A stretch of DNA of 64,000 nucleotides from Candidatus Cloacimonadales bacterium. Lineage in GTDB: Bacteria; Cloacimonadota; Cloacimonadia; Cloacimonadales; JAFGVF01. Both the position numbers and the translations under genes were made by a program. The notes below the pieces were generated by a model. That model worked only from the letters and a program-made list of their open reading frames with translations, ran no database searches and was not told where the DNA came from. Positions within the stretch are counted from its first letter, which is position 1. The number at the start of each line of letters is the position of its first letter. This document shows, piece by piece, positions 1 to 10,238 of the stretch. Location: positions 1,472,001 to 1,536,000 of the forward strand of contig OY782781.1 of the NCBI GenBank assembly GCA_963678315.1, given 5' to 3'.

Positions 1-551
1 GCATTTGCTGACACCATTTGGTTAACTGTTGAATTATCACTATTGTTGCCGTTATTATGAGAGTCATGCAAGTTTCTGAAAGCTTGATTGTGTCCCATTT
101 CCATCATATCAATTTCACCACATCTTGGCCATCCAAGATTAGAAGTTCCAAGCATCCAAACTGCTGGCCAACCTCCTAAGTCTAGATCTGGAATTTTAAC
201 TCTTGTTTCAATTAACCCATATTTGACAGAAAGCTTAGATTTTGTTGTAATCTTTCCAGATGTATAGCTCAATGGGTTACCCCATTGGTCAGTTATTCCA
301 GCACCACTTTCATTTCTCGCAGTGATTTTAAGTGCGTTATTGCCAGGCTGTCCAAGGATTTCAACAATATCTACATTGTCTTCTTGATAGTATTCAAGTT
401 CACCATTACCCCAGCCCCAAGATCCATTACCTATATCGTACATCCAGTTATCTAAATTATCAAAGTTCTCTTCCCAGATGATATTTCCAACTTGAGCATA
501 TATGAGGAATGATAACAACACAAACATTGAAGAAAGTAACAATTTTTTCAT
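1..551 (-). CDS. Glycoside hydrolase family 16 (laminarinase/beta-1,3-glucanase-like), exported; 3' part outside window
   Basis: Not in ORF track; translated by hand from ATG at 551: MKKLLLSSMFVLLSFLIYAQ (signal peptide)...WGWGNGELEYY...YTSGKITT...GGWPAVWMLG...WPRCGEIDMMEMG, the GH16 ExDxxE catalytic motif. Confidence 0.93.
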   Translation of the reverse strand, partial: MKKLLLSSMFVLLSFLIYAQVGNIIWEENFDNLDNWMYDIGNGSWGWGNGELEYYQEDNVDIVEILGQPGNNALKITARNESGAGITDQWGNPLSYTSGKITTKSKLSVKYGLIETRVKIPDLDLGGWPAVWMLGTSNLGWPRCGEIDMMEMGHNQAFRNLHDSHNNGNNSDNSTVNQMVSAN

Positions 552-701
552 TTTTATCCCTTTGGCTAAAGTAAACTCTACTCAGTGAATTATCACATTA
601 TCTCCAGTAGAATTATACAGTTTAATTCAATGTAAATAAGAATTGGAGAAGAAACTCTTATTTATTTTGAGCACATTTATATATAATGTTAATCAATAAA
701 C

Positions 702-741
702 GCTATATAGCATTGAAACTTATTTTTATAAAACTAGTCAA
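702..741 (-). promoter_or_regulatory. Putative sigma70 promoter (TTGACT at 741-736) with palindromic operator GCTATATAGC (702-711) for the GH16 gene
   Basis: Same palindrome at the same 25-bp offset from the -35 box as at the divergent promoter 1052-1093; -10 box is weak. Confidence 0.5.
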
Positions 742-1051
742 GATATAATTTACCTTTTTGTCTTCAAAGCAAATACAATTTAAAAAAGTATATTAAGGAT
801 TATATTCTTTCTATAGAGAAGCTAGTATAGATTTTGTTTCAGTAAATTAAGTTGATTTATTGCAACATTTAATAAATTCTTACTAATCTATCATGAGGTT
901 TTACATAATTTTATATTATTTTTTGCACTGAAGTAAGGAATCATCAGAATGGCAATTATGTTTTTTAAAGGATTATTGCTTTTACAGGTATAGGAATAAT
1001 AGGGTTTGATGATAAATATCATATATTAGTTAAATTATGTATAAAAATTAT

Positions 1052-1093
1052 TTGACATTTTTATAAACTTAACTTACTTTTGCTATATAGCAT
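1052..1093 (+). promoter_or_regulatory. Putative sigma70 promoter TTGACA-N17-TACTTT followed by palindrome TGCTATATAGCA
   Basis: TTGACA 1052-1057, TACTTT 1075-1080, perfect 12-bp palindrome 1081-1092 over the expected +1. Confidence 0.6.
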
Positions 1094-1180
1094 ATATGAT
1101 TAATGCTTTAGTTATTTTAATTTAAGAGTCTCAGATGACTATTAGTGTATGTATAAAAAAAGGAAACATTAGGAGGAATA

Positions 1181-4100
1181 ATGATCCCAAAAGCTAAGAT
1201 GCTTATTTTTTTCTGTATAATTATGCTAGTAAGCAGTTCACTGCTTGCTCAGAATGCAACGAATGCTAATTTACCAAATTCTATTAATCAGCAAGACAAT
1301 AATTTAAATATTACAAGGCGAATCAATAGAAACGAACCTTCTGCACCAGCAGAGTTACCAACTCAGAATAGTAGTAACGTTTTATCAATCTATAGTGATT
1401 CTTATGATCCAATAACTGGCGTCAATCTAGATGCTAACTGGGGTGAATCAACAGTTCAATCTTTCCCTTTAATAGATGGCAATGAAGTCATGAAAATGGA
1501 ATCATTCAATTACCAAGGAATAGCTCATTCAAATTTAAACGCTAGCCAAATGGAGTATCTTCATATTGATGTATGGACTGAAGATGCTGTTTCTTTCCAG
1601 GTTACTCCTATTAGTCCTGGTTTCGAATCATTATATGAACTTTCTCCAACTTTAGGAGAATGGAATTCTTATGATATTCCGCTTACTGAGTTTCCATGTG
1701 ACTTTTCAAACCTTATTCAGTTTAAATTTGATGGTACAAATGGAACAACAATTTATGTAGATAATCTCTTTTATTGGAAGCCTGCAACTGCTATTCAAGC
1801 AGATGCTACTTTAAGTGATTTGCAGGTCAATGATGTTACAATTGAAGGTTTTTCTCCTTCAATCTACACTTACGATGTTGCCTTACCAGCTGGTTCAAGT
1901 GGCAGACCTCGTGTTACAGCAACAGCAACTAACGAACTAGCTGATTATGTGATAACAAATGCTACTTCTATCCCAGGTACAACTACAGTTGTTGTAACTT
2001 CAGAAGATGGAGAAAATGAACTTACCTACAGTATTAATTTCACTATTGATGTTGCTCCTCTTGTTGCAGCTCCAACTCCGACAGAGAATGCAGAAGATGT
2101 TCTCTCTGTTTATAGTGATGCCTTCACTCCAATTTCAGGTGTTGACTTGAATCCTAACTGGGGACAAACAACTTCAATGACATTCCCTATGATTGAAGAA
2201 GATGAAGTTGTTAAAATGGAAAATCTTAATTATCAAGGTATGCAGTACGATAATATCGATGCGTCACTTATGGAATATCTTCATATTGATGTCTGGACTG
2301 CAGATGCTCCTTCTTTCCAAGTTACACCAATTAGTCCAGGGGCAGAACAGTTATATGAACTTTCTCCAACTCTTGGTCAATGGAACAGCTTTGATATTCC
2401 TCTTAGTGAGTTCCCATGTAACTTAGCTAACTTATACCAATTGAAATATGTTGGAACAGCAGGTGCAACTGTCTTTATAGATAATATTTATTATTGGAAG
2501 AACCCTACTTTAACAGGCACTGATGCTACATTAAGTGATTTGCTTGTGGATGGTACTACTATAGAAGGTTTCTCAGCTGGTATTTATGAATACGATATTG
2601 AACTTCCTGTTGGAAGCATAAGCGTTCCAACTGTTACAGCTGTCACTAATGATGAAAATGCATCTCACGTTGTTAATGCAGCAACCGAATTGCCTGGTAC
2701 AACTACGGTTGTTGTTACTTCAGAAAATGCAGAAGTTCAACAAAGCTATACAATCAATTTTACTGTTGCTAATGCAAACACAACCCCTCTAGTAGCTGCT
2801 CCAAGTCCTACTGAAAATGCTGAAGATGTATTGTCTATCTATAGTGGTAGTTATATTGCAGTTGATGGACTCAATTTGAATCCTTTCTGGGGACAAACAA
2901 CAACTCAATCCTTCCCACTTATTGAAGGTGACGAAGTTCTTAAAATGGAAAATTTCAACTATCAGGGTATTGAATATAGCACTCTTGATGCTAGTTTAAT
3001 GGAATATCTTCATATTGATATTTGGACTCCTGATGCAGAATCTGTGACTATAACTCCTATTAGTCCAGGACTAGAGGCATTGTACGAACTCTCTCCAACA
3101 TTAGGTCAATGGAATAGCTATGACATTCCATTAACAGAATTCCCATGTAACTTTGCTCAATTATTCCAATTTAAATTTGAAGGTACTGATGCAACAACAA
3201 TATTTGTAGATAACCTTTATTATTGGAAAAATCCAACTGTAGAAGGTACAGATGCTTCCTTAAGCAACTTATTAATGAATGCCTCAACTATTGATGGATT
3301 TGCTTCAGGTATTTATGAATATGATATTGAGCTTCCTGTTGGTACTAGCGAGGTTCCTACTGTTACAGCAACAACAAGTGACTTAGATGCTAGTCATGTA
3401 GTTGTTCCAGCTACTGAACTTCCAGGAACAACCACAGTTACAGTTACTTCTGCTAATGGACAAGTTGAACAGGATTATGTGATTAACTTCACTGTCGCTA
3501 GTTCAATCACTACTCCTCTTGTTGCTGCTCCAACACCTACAGAAGAATCATCAAATGTTTTATCAATCTATAGTGGTGCATATACTCCTATAGATGGAGT
3601 TAATCTTGATGCTAACTGGGGTGAATCTACTGTTCAAACTTACCCTCTTATTGAAGGTGATGAAGTAATGAAGATGGAAAACTTTACCTTCCAAGGTATG
3701 ACTCATGATGCTTTAGATGCTAGCCAAATGCAATTTATCCATGTTGATGTTTGGACTCATGATGCACCTTCATTCCAGCTTACACCTATAAGTCCTGGCT
3801 CAGAACAAGTCTATGAACTTTCTCCAACATTAGGAGAATGGAATAGTTTCGATATAGCTCTTACTAATTTCCCTTGTGATTTCTCTAACTTGATACAATT
3901 TAAGTTTGACGGTACTGATGGATCTACTGTATATATAGATAACTTATATTATTGGAAAGCTCCTTATGATCCACAAAATGATGCGACATTAAGTAATCTT
4001 CAAGTCAATGGAACCAGCGTAGATGGCTTTGATTCTGCTACTTTGGAATACTCAGTAGAATTAGCTGAAGGAACAATGACAGTCCCTACAGTAACTGCAA

Positions 4101-4804
4101 CTACAACCATTGCAAATGCTACTTATATTATTACTGATGCTGCACAATTACCAGGAACAACAACAGTTGTCGTTACTTCTGAAAATGAAGCTGTTGAAAA
4201 GACCTATTCTATAGAGTTTACTCTTGCTGGTCCTGTTCCTGCTTCAGAATACTGCCATCAATATACCACACATCTAAATATAGAGGCTGAAACTCCTTCT
4301 GCTATCTATTTAACTATCTCCAATATTGATGAAACATCTATGTATGTTGAGATAGAATCTGCAGATGATGATGCAGTTGATTTGCTTCTTGTAAACAACT
4401 TTAGTGGTGGCGTTTCTTCAGAAGCAGATACTTCTGTTCCTGGAAAGATTAGAAAAACAATCACTTGGATTGAAGCTCCTGAAGACGTAGAAATGCAAAT
4501 TCTATGGAGCAAAGATTCATTTGCTGGTAACTGGATGTTGAATACTTTTACAGTTCCGTTTGCAGCAACTTGCTCTCCAACATTGGATATTCCTCAAGAT
4601 CTTGAAATATCTATCAATGGCAATGATGTTACTATCACTTGGACAGCTGTAGAAGGTGCAGATACTTACAAGGTATATTCAAAATCTGACCCTTATGCAG
4701 AATATGATTTAGATGAAAGTGGAAACCTTGATGGAACAAGCTGGACAACTTCAGCTGTGCCATCTAAGAAATTCTTTAAAGTAGTTGCTGTTAGCAACGA
4801 ATAA
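1181..4804 (+). CDS. Large exported multidomain protein: 4x [CBM-like beta-sandwich + cadherin-like beta-sandwich], then an FN3-like C-terminal domain; probable surface glycan-binding protein
   Basis: Signal peptide, RBS AGGAGG; four repeats of SIYS..Y..W G..T..N(Y/F)QG..HIDVWT..W.S.DI.L..F..QFKF.G..DNLYYWK, each followed by DATLS.L.V.G..GF..Y..LP.G..P.VTA; no catalytic motif recognised. Confidence 0.8.
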   Translation: MIPKAKMLIFFCIIMLVSSSLLAQNATNANLPNSINQQDNNLNITRRINRNEPSAPAELPTQNSSNVLSIYSDSYDPITGVNLDANWGESTVQSFPLIDGNEVMKMESFNYQGIAHSNLNASQMEYLHIDVWTEDAVSFQVTPISPGFESLYELSPTLGEWNSYDIPLTEFPCDFSNLIQFKFDGTNGTTIYVDNLFYWKPATAIQADATLSDLQVNDVTIEGFSPSIYTYDVALPAGSSGRPRVTATATNELADYVITNATSIPGTTTVVVTSEDGENELTYSINFTIDVAPLVAAPTPTENAEDVLSVYSDAFTPISGVDLNPNWGQTTSMTFPMIEEDEVVKMENLNYQGMQYDNIDASLMEYLHIDVWTADAPSFQVTPISPGAEQLYELSPTLGQWNSFDIPLSEFPCNLANLYQLKYVGTAGATVFIDNIYYWKNPTLTGTDATLSDLLVDGTTIEGFSAGIYEYDIELPVGSISVPTVTAVTNDENASHVVNAATELPGTTTVVVTSENAEVQQSYTINFTVANANTTPLVAAPSPTENAEDVLSIYSGSYIAVDGLNLNPFWGQTTTQSFPLIEGDEVLKMENFNYQGIEYSTLDASLMEYLHIDIWTPDAESVTITPISPGLEALYELSPTLGQWNSYDIPLTEFPCNFAQLFQFKFEGTDATTIFVDNLYYWKNPTVEGTDASLSNLLMNASTIDGFASGIYEYDIELPVGTSEVPTVTATTSDLDASHVVVPATELPGTTTVTVTSANGQVEQDYVINFTVASSITTPLVAAPTPTEESSNVLSIYSGAYTPIDGVNLDANWGESTVQTYPLIEGDEVMKMENFTFQGMTHDALDASQMQFIHVDVWTHDAPSFQLTPISPGSEQVYELSPTLGEWNSFDIALTNFPCDFSNLIQFKFDGTDGSTVYIDNLYYWKAPYDPQNDATLSNLQVNGTSVDGFDSATLEYSVELAEGTMTVPTVTATTTIANATYIITDAAQLPGTTTVVVTSENEAVEKTYSIEFTLAGPVPASEYCHQYTTHLNIEAETPSAIYLTISNIDETSMYVEIESADDDAVDLLLVNNFSGGVSSEADTSVPGKIRKTITWIEAPEDVEMQILWSKDSFAGNWMLNTFTVPFAATCSPTLDIPQDLEISINGNDVTITWTAVEGADTYKVYSKSDPYAEYDLDESGNLDGTSWTTSAVPSKKFFKVVAVSNE
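1334..4225 (+). repeat. Four intragenic tandem repeats of about 730 bp (two-domain unit)
   Basis: Units start near 1334, 2054, 2780 and 3510; the DNA similarity is visible, e.g. tatgaactttctccaac. Confidence 0.85.
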
Positions 4805-4842
4805 TATAAATCAATAAAATAACCTTAAAAGGTCACCACAAG

Positions 4843-4876
4843 CAGTGCTCATCATTTTGATGGGCACTGTTTTTTT
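4843..4876 (+). terminator. Rho-independent terminator
   Basis: Stem CAGTGCTCATC/GATGGGCACTG followed by a T-tract, 39 bp after the stop at 4804. Confidence 0.85.
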
Positions 4877-4990
4877 GCCAACAACTCTATCAAGAAATTA
4901 CAAAACAAAACTTCTAGCCTTTTTCTCACATAATAAGAAGTTTTCAAATGTTCTCTACATAATTACCTATCTCCTAGAAAAATCGACCAT

Positions 4991-5016
4991 TAACCCAGTG
5001 TATTATTTGGGTTTAA
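4991..5016 (+). repeat. Collapsed remnant of the ERIC-like element (left end fused to right end)
   Basis: TAACCC-AGTGTATTATTTGGGTTTAA matches the left terminus and last ~20 nt of the copies at 9968-10163 and 21155-21319. Confidence 0.5.
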
Positions 5017-5052
5017 TCAAATGGCTTGTAAGCAAGAAGTATCTCTAAGCAA

Positions 5053-5096
5053 ACTAGCCTCCTGCATTAAATTGGCTTCTTATGCAGGAGGCTAGT
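5053..5096. repeat. REP-like palindrome, copy 1
   Basis: 15-bp perfect stem ACTAGCCTCCTGCAT/ATGCAGGAGGCTAGT; shares CCTCCTGCATTAAATT with 29716-29750. Confidence 0.7.
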
Positions 5097-5317
5097 AATA
5101 TTAACTTGATTCATTCTTGTTCAAATATAATAATATTCTTTCCAAATAGATTGTATTCGTTCTTGATCTTTGATTTTATGTTAAGTTGAGTCTTTTAGTA
5201 AAATAGGATACAGTGTAGAGTATAATTAAATTATTTTTCACATTACAATATAACATTACAAGTTCTTAATATACAATAGTATAGGATGAGGGGGAGTATG
5301 TGTATTTCTTAAAATAT

Positions 5318-5367
5318 ATAGTATAGACTAAAATAATTCTTGACAATTATAGTAATCACTATATATT
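5318..5367 (+). promoter_or_regulatory. Putative promoter TTGACA-N16-TATATT with TAGT-N4-ACTA palindromes
   Basis: TTGACA 5340-5345, TATATT 5362-5367; TATAGT-aatc-ACTATA 5348-5363 in the spacer and TAGT-atag-ACTA 5319-5330. Confidence 0.45.
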
Positions 5368-5421
5368 GTATTTATGTTTGAATGTATTAATCATAAAATA
5401 AAGAAATGATTGGAGGATAGG

Positions 5422-6708
5422 ATGAATACTATGAAAAGTATTAATGTTATTACTTTGTTACTTGTAATATTTGTTAGTGTATCAAATATTTACGCGCAAA
5501 AAGATATGAGAGAAGAAAACTACTTGGTTACTGAAAGAGTAGAGAAATATAAACTTCCAACAACATTTGATATAACAAAAGCCACCCCAAAAAATGGAGC
5601 TATATCAGAAAATATAATGACTTCTACGGAGAGAATCTTAAATAAAGAAAAACCATTCTTAAAGAAAGGTGTTGTTAAACCTATAGGAGAAGATGACTAT
5701 AGCGCATGGCAAATGACTAGTGATGAAGGTGGAAATCCGCAAAGTGCTCCAAATCCATTAACTTATTTTGCTTCTGGTGCAGCTTCAGGTCTTTTAACAC
5801 AAGTAGAAAGATGTTCTCAAATTATGGGAATTGATATTGAAAATGTGAAGGTCGAAACAGAGTTCTATTTTAGATGGAATGATATAATGACAGATGAATG
5901 GTCAGGATATACAGATAAAGTGGTAACTAATATAATTATAGAAAGTGATGAATCAAAAGAAACAATAAATGAGTTAAAAGAGATGGCAATTAATGCTTGG
6001 GCAATAGGGGAAGCTCTTTCAAATAAAACAACAATTGATGCTGCAACAGTAATTAATGGTGATAATTGGGATGGGCAAGAAGCAAGACCTGGTAAAGTTA
6101 AATCTCCTGTTTCAAGAGATAATGGACTAAAAATTACAGATACTACGTCACCACTCAAACTAGAAACAATTAAAGTTAAAGATGATGCTAAAATGAGTAT
6201 GGAAAAACCACCAAAAGTAATGCGCTTCTCTGAAATAGCAATTGCAGAATCAGCAAATGATCCACAAAGACCATATCTACATAGAATTAGAGCTAAATCA
6301 TTAACAGACCACTATGAAACATGGGAGTTGTATACCGATGATAGTAGAGGTTATGAGAAAGGAAATTCTGCTCCAACATCAAGAGATTTATTTACTATTG
6401 GTACTTCTTTTTGTTTAATGAGTCAATTGACTCCTAATCAGATGTATTTCCAAAAGAAGGGTGTGAATATTGAAGATTTCAGAGTTGAACACCAATTTAA
6501 TTATCAACAGGATAATTTCATGACTCCTTCAGTTAATGGACATCTAGATAATGTTATAACCAGAGTAGTGGTTAAAAGTAAAGCTTCTGAAAAAATGATT
6601 CACCAATATGTTAATCAAGCATTACGTTGTTGCTTTGCTGGTGAAGGTATCCAAAATGCAACAGAAATGCAAACATCATTCTATTTGAATGGTAAAATTG
6701 TAAAATAA
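5422..6708 (+). CDS. Exported protein with two tandem OsmC/Ohr-like domains
   Basis: ATG 5422 after GGAGG; signal peptide; two DE..GG...AP.P/S segments; second domain has FCLMSQ and RCCF cysteines. Confidence 0.7.
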   Translation: MNTMKSINVITLLLVIFVSVSNIYAQKDMREENYLVTERVEKYKLPTTFDITKATPKNGAISENIMTSTERILNKEKPFLKKGVVKPIGEDDYSAWQMTSDEGGNPQSAPNPLTYFASGAASGLLTQVERCSQIMGIDIENVKVETEFYFRWNDIMTDEWSGYTDKVVTNIIIESDESKETINELKEMAINAWAIGEALSNKTTIDAATVINGDNWDGQEARPGKVKSPVSRDNGLKITDTTSPLKLETIKVKDDAKMSMEKPPKVMRFSEIAIAESANDPQRPYLHRIRAKSLTDHYETWELYTDDSRGYEKGNSAPTSRDLFTIGTSFCLMSQLTPNQMYFQKKGVNIEDFRVEHQFNYQQDNFMTPSVNGHLDNVITRVVVKSKASEKMIHQYVNQALRCCFAGEGIQNATEMQTSFYLNGKIVK

Positions 6709-6740
6709 TAATATGATAAAATCCCAATAATTAATAAACT

Positions 6741-6774
6741 AAAAGAGTCTGACTTAAAGAATCAGACTCTTTTT
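6741..6774. terminator. Bidirectional terminator
   Basis: AAAAGAGTCTGA...TCAGACTCTTTT between convergent genes. Confidence 0.85.
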
Positions 6775-6864
6775 ATGTATATTATCCTTTGCTTGATGAG
6801 TGTATGTTACAAGTATGACTTTATTACTAAAATATTATCTCTACACTGAAGTAAGTAATAATTA

Positions 6865-9800
6865 TTATTTCTCAGCATTTCTAACTAATCTAAAACCAAT
6901 ACTTAGGTTTTTATAACTAGGAGAACCATCATTTCTATTAGCAACTCTACAAAATTTGGCTTTACTAAAGTAACATCCACCTCTAGAAACATGATATTTC
7001 CCTGACTTTGGTCCACTAGGATTATCATTATCTGAAGGATTGTATTTATCAGAATAGAAATCATAGCACCATTCATAAGCATTTCCAGACATGTCATATA
7101 ATCCTAATTCGTTTGGCTTATATTTCATAATGATAGTTGGACAATAGTTAAAACTAGTTTTTCTGGATAACTGATATTTATAAAATGCAACACTATATAT
7201 ATTGTTACTACCTGCATAAATGTATTCTTTACTTTTTTTACCTCCACGGGCAGCATATTCCCATTCTGCTTCAGGCGGAAGTCTATAACCATTCGCTTCT
7301 TTATTGAAAATAACACCATTATCTGTGATTTTGTATACTTGATCATATCCTGCTAGCTGGCTTTTATAATTGCAAAATTTAATAGCATTTAACCAACTAA
7401 CATCACAGACAGCTAACATTGGTGAGCCAGATTTATCCTTAAAGCCATAATAAGCCATGATATTATTGTATTCGTTAACTGTAACTTCATGGCGACAAAT
7501 CATAAATGAATTTACCATAACTCTATGAACAGGCTGCTCATCTGATTCGGAGTCTATATCTTCACTACCCATTAAGAAGAAACCACCCTCTACCTTAACC
7601 ATATTATCATTTCTAATATCATCTTTAAATAGATAAGTGAATTTAGTATTAACACCGGTTGGATATCCATCTAAGGTAAATGTGACATAGAAGTTGGTAT
7701 TTTTTGAGATCTCTATCGGACTAGTATATTTTCTATTTCGAGAGTTATTCCTAAAACTTGATGTGTTATAGTAAATTTCTGCATTATCATATACAGATGA
7801 AAACTCTAATTTTATTGGTTTATCGTATATGCCAGGTTCAATATTTGCCTCAGGTGCTTTATAACTGAATCTGTAAAATTTAGTGCACGTATCATTTGGG
7901 TAGCAATTATCCTTAAAAGCTTTTGCTTTAACTGTTGATGATTTATAGATAGGGAAGGGTTCTGTATATTTTGTAGAATATTTTGTTGGCTCACTTTTGT
8001 TTAATGTATAGTAAATATCAGCATCTTTGTCTTTACTACTTATGCTCACTTTGATTGCTTTATTATGTTGTTCTTTAGATGGTTTTATATTTAAGTTATC
8101 CATTATTTTTATGTCTTTGCTAACATTATTACGAGCTACTCTAAAAGCTAAATTACTATTGTTTATATTACGTAATTGGTATAATGTATTATCTAATAAT
8201 AGATAAGGTTCACTATTATATTTTGAATCACTATCTTCTGATTTGCTATGTATTTCTAGAGAATTAGTAAACAACTCGTGTATTCCAAGAAGACCAGCTT
8301 GGGAAACATTAACAGCTTGCTGAGGATATGAAGTATCTGTAATATATTTTCTTGGGAAATATTCAAAAATAGAGCTTTGGGATTTATTTTCTAAAGCTTC
8401 TAAATATTCATATTCAGCATTGGATGGTAATCTATAACCATTTAAATCACTTTTTTTAATATTCTTAGAAAAATTATCATAAAATAAGACTAAGTTCTCT
8501 TTGGTACTTAGCTGATTAAGATAGTTACATGCTTCATTATAAGAACATAGAGAAGGAAGGAAGTTTTTATAGTAATATTTATCGGGTTTTGAATCATCAA
8601 TGATTAATGATAAATTCTTATAATGTCTCGCAAGATTTGTTTCTTTTACTGGAACTTTATATTTAGATATATAAAAATCATTAATTTTAGCTATGTTTTT
8701 ATCTACTTTCACTAAAACCATCTCATTATCTATTTTGGTCTCATTTATGAAAAATTTGCGTCTTAAGGTTAGAGAATTAGAAGAGTTTTTAGTGAACACT
8801 TTTGCTTTGAGAACACAACTTTTAGAAAGTGTAATTTTATCTTTATAAATTTTAGAATATTTTGTAGGGTTAGAGCCATCAAGAGTATATCATATTTTTG
8901 CTTTGGGGATAAAATGAAGTAGAATGATTTCAATTGTGTCTTTATAATAACCACTTTGTATATTACATTTTGGAGCTGGTATTATTCTTTCATCTTTTTT
9001 TACGACGTTTTTAGCTAATCTAAAGAATATTCGGTCTTTTTTTAACTCTTGATTTATAGAATGTCTATCGACATTGGCTTTTGAATTAAAGGTTATTGTT
9101 TGATCATTATTATTTCTAGCCTTCTTTCTTTTGCATGAATTTTGGATAGTAACTTGTTTTACAACTCTATCTTTTCCATATTTAGAACCTATAGGGTTTA
9201 TTTCCTTTTTTTCATTAAAGTCATCATATCTTTCCAGCAAAATTCCCAGTTACCATTGTAAAGTTCTATCATACCAAGCATATTTTGGAAAGCAGGTCTT
9301 GAAAATGAAAATTCATCAGGGGAAAATGTTTTAAACATACTATTATAATTGTTAGGTGAACCTTGGTATTTGAATTCTAAATTGCTATTAACAGATTTGG
9401 CAGTGTATTCCCATTCTGCTTCTGTAGGCAATCTATATCCATTTGAATTATTATTTATTCTTATTCCATCATCATCTATGATATAGTAAGGTATAAATCC
9501 ATCAATTTCACTTTTTTTATTGCAGAAAAGAGCAATATCTTTCCATGAAATACCAGTCTTGTAGCTATATATTTTTTCGTTAGTTTTATTATCAATTCCC
9601 ATAACATGATTATACTCTTCTATCGTAACTCTTCCTTTGCCTATAAGAAATGCGTCCAGTTCTACTTGGTGAAGTGGCAGACACCACATTCTTTGAGAAC
9701 TTTCATCTCCCATAGTAAATGTACCAGCCGGAACATAAATGAATTCTGAATAATATTTTAATTCTTGTGTAGATTTTACATCTCCACCAGGAAGCTTAAT

Positions 9801-9914
9801 ATGATTCATCATCTCTTCTTTGGCTTGTAAGAAAGCTACATTGCAAATGATTATCAAGATGATTGCATAAACATTCTTACAAAGAAAAACAAATTTACCT
9901 AACTTATAATTCAT
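6865..9914 (-). pseudogene. Disrupted multi-domain FGE/SUMF1 (C-type lectin fold) protein with chitobiase-C-terminal/Fn3-associated repeats
   Basis: ORFs 9198-9914, 8890-9240 and 6865-8799 join into one protein: 1-nt frameshift near 9232 (WEFCW to ERYDD..NPIG) and in-frame TGA at 8892-8890 (KAKI*YTLDGSNPT); GYRLP motif occurs three times. Confidence 0.85.
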
Positions 9915-9967
9915 AACTATCTCCTACTTAAGCTTAAATACTGCTCTAATATAAAATTGTAATTTTT

Positions 9968-10163
9968 AACCCATTTGATGCAGTAGGCTTGACGAAAATA
10001 GTGCAGATTCTTTCAGCAAAATATCTTACAGAATCGAAGTTTGAATAATATATATTCTCGCTGAGATTATGGAACTTATTCTTGCCATGAGTCTTCGCTA
10101 AAGCTACGCCCTCACAGGAATAATATAGTACTATTCTAGAAGTTCTACTGTATTAGATGGGTT
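9968..10163 (+). mobile_element. ERIC/MITE-like long imperfect hairpin element, copy 1 (with ~31-bp internal insert)
   Basis: Clearly homologous to 21155-21319; ends AACCC...GGGTT; terminal 18 bp pair fully with G-T allowed. Confidence 0.7.
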
Positions 10164-10238
10164 TAATATTCTTCTTAATTATCCGTTTTTTATTCTTATC
10201 AAATTAATATTCCAGAGAACAAGTTACAAACAAGAGTT

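Noticed and set aside
8890..8892. In-frame TGA as selenocysteine or genetic-code reassignment
   Set aside because: Not a Cys position, the gene also has a frameshift, and TGA ends normal genes here (25142, 32384, 41884)
9968..10163. Hairpin element as integron attC site
   Set aside because: Ends do not fit RYYYAAC/GTTRRRY well, copies do not delimit a cassette array, and there is no IntI
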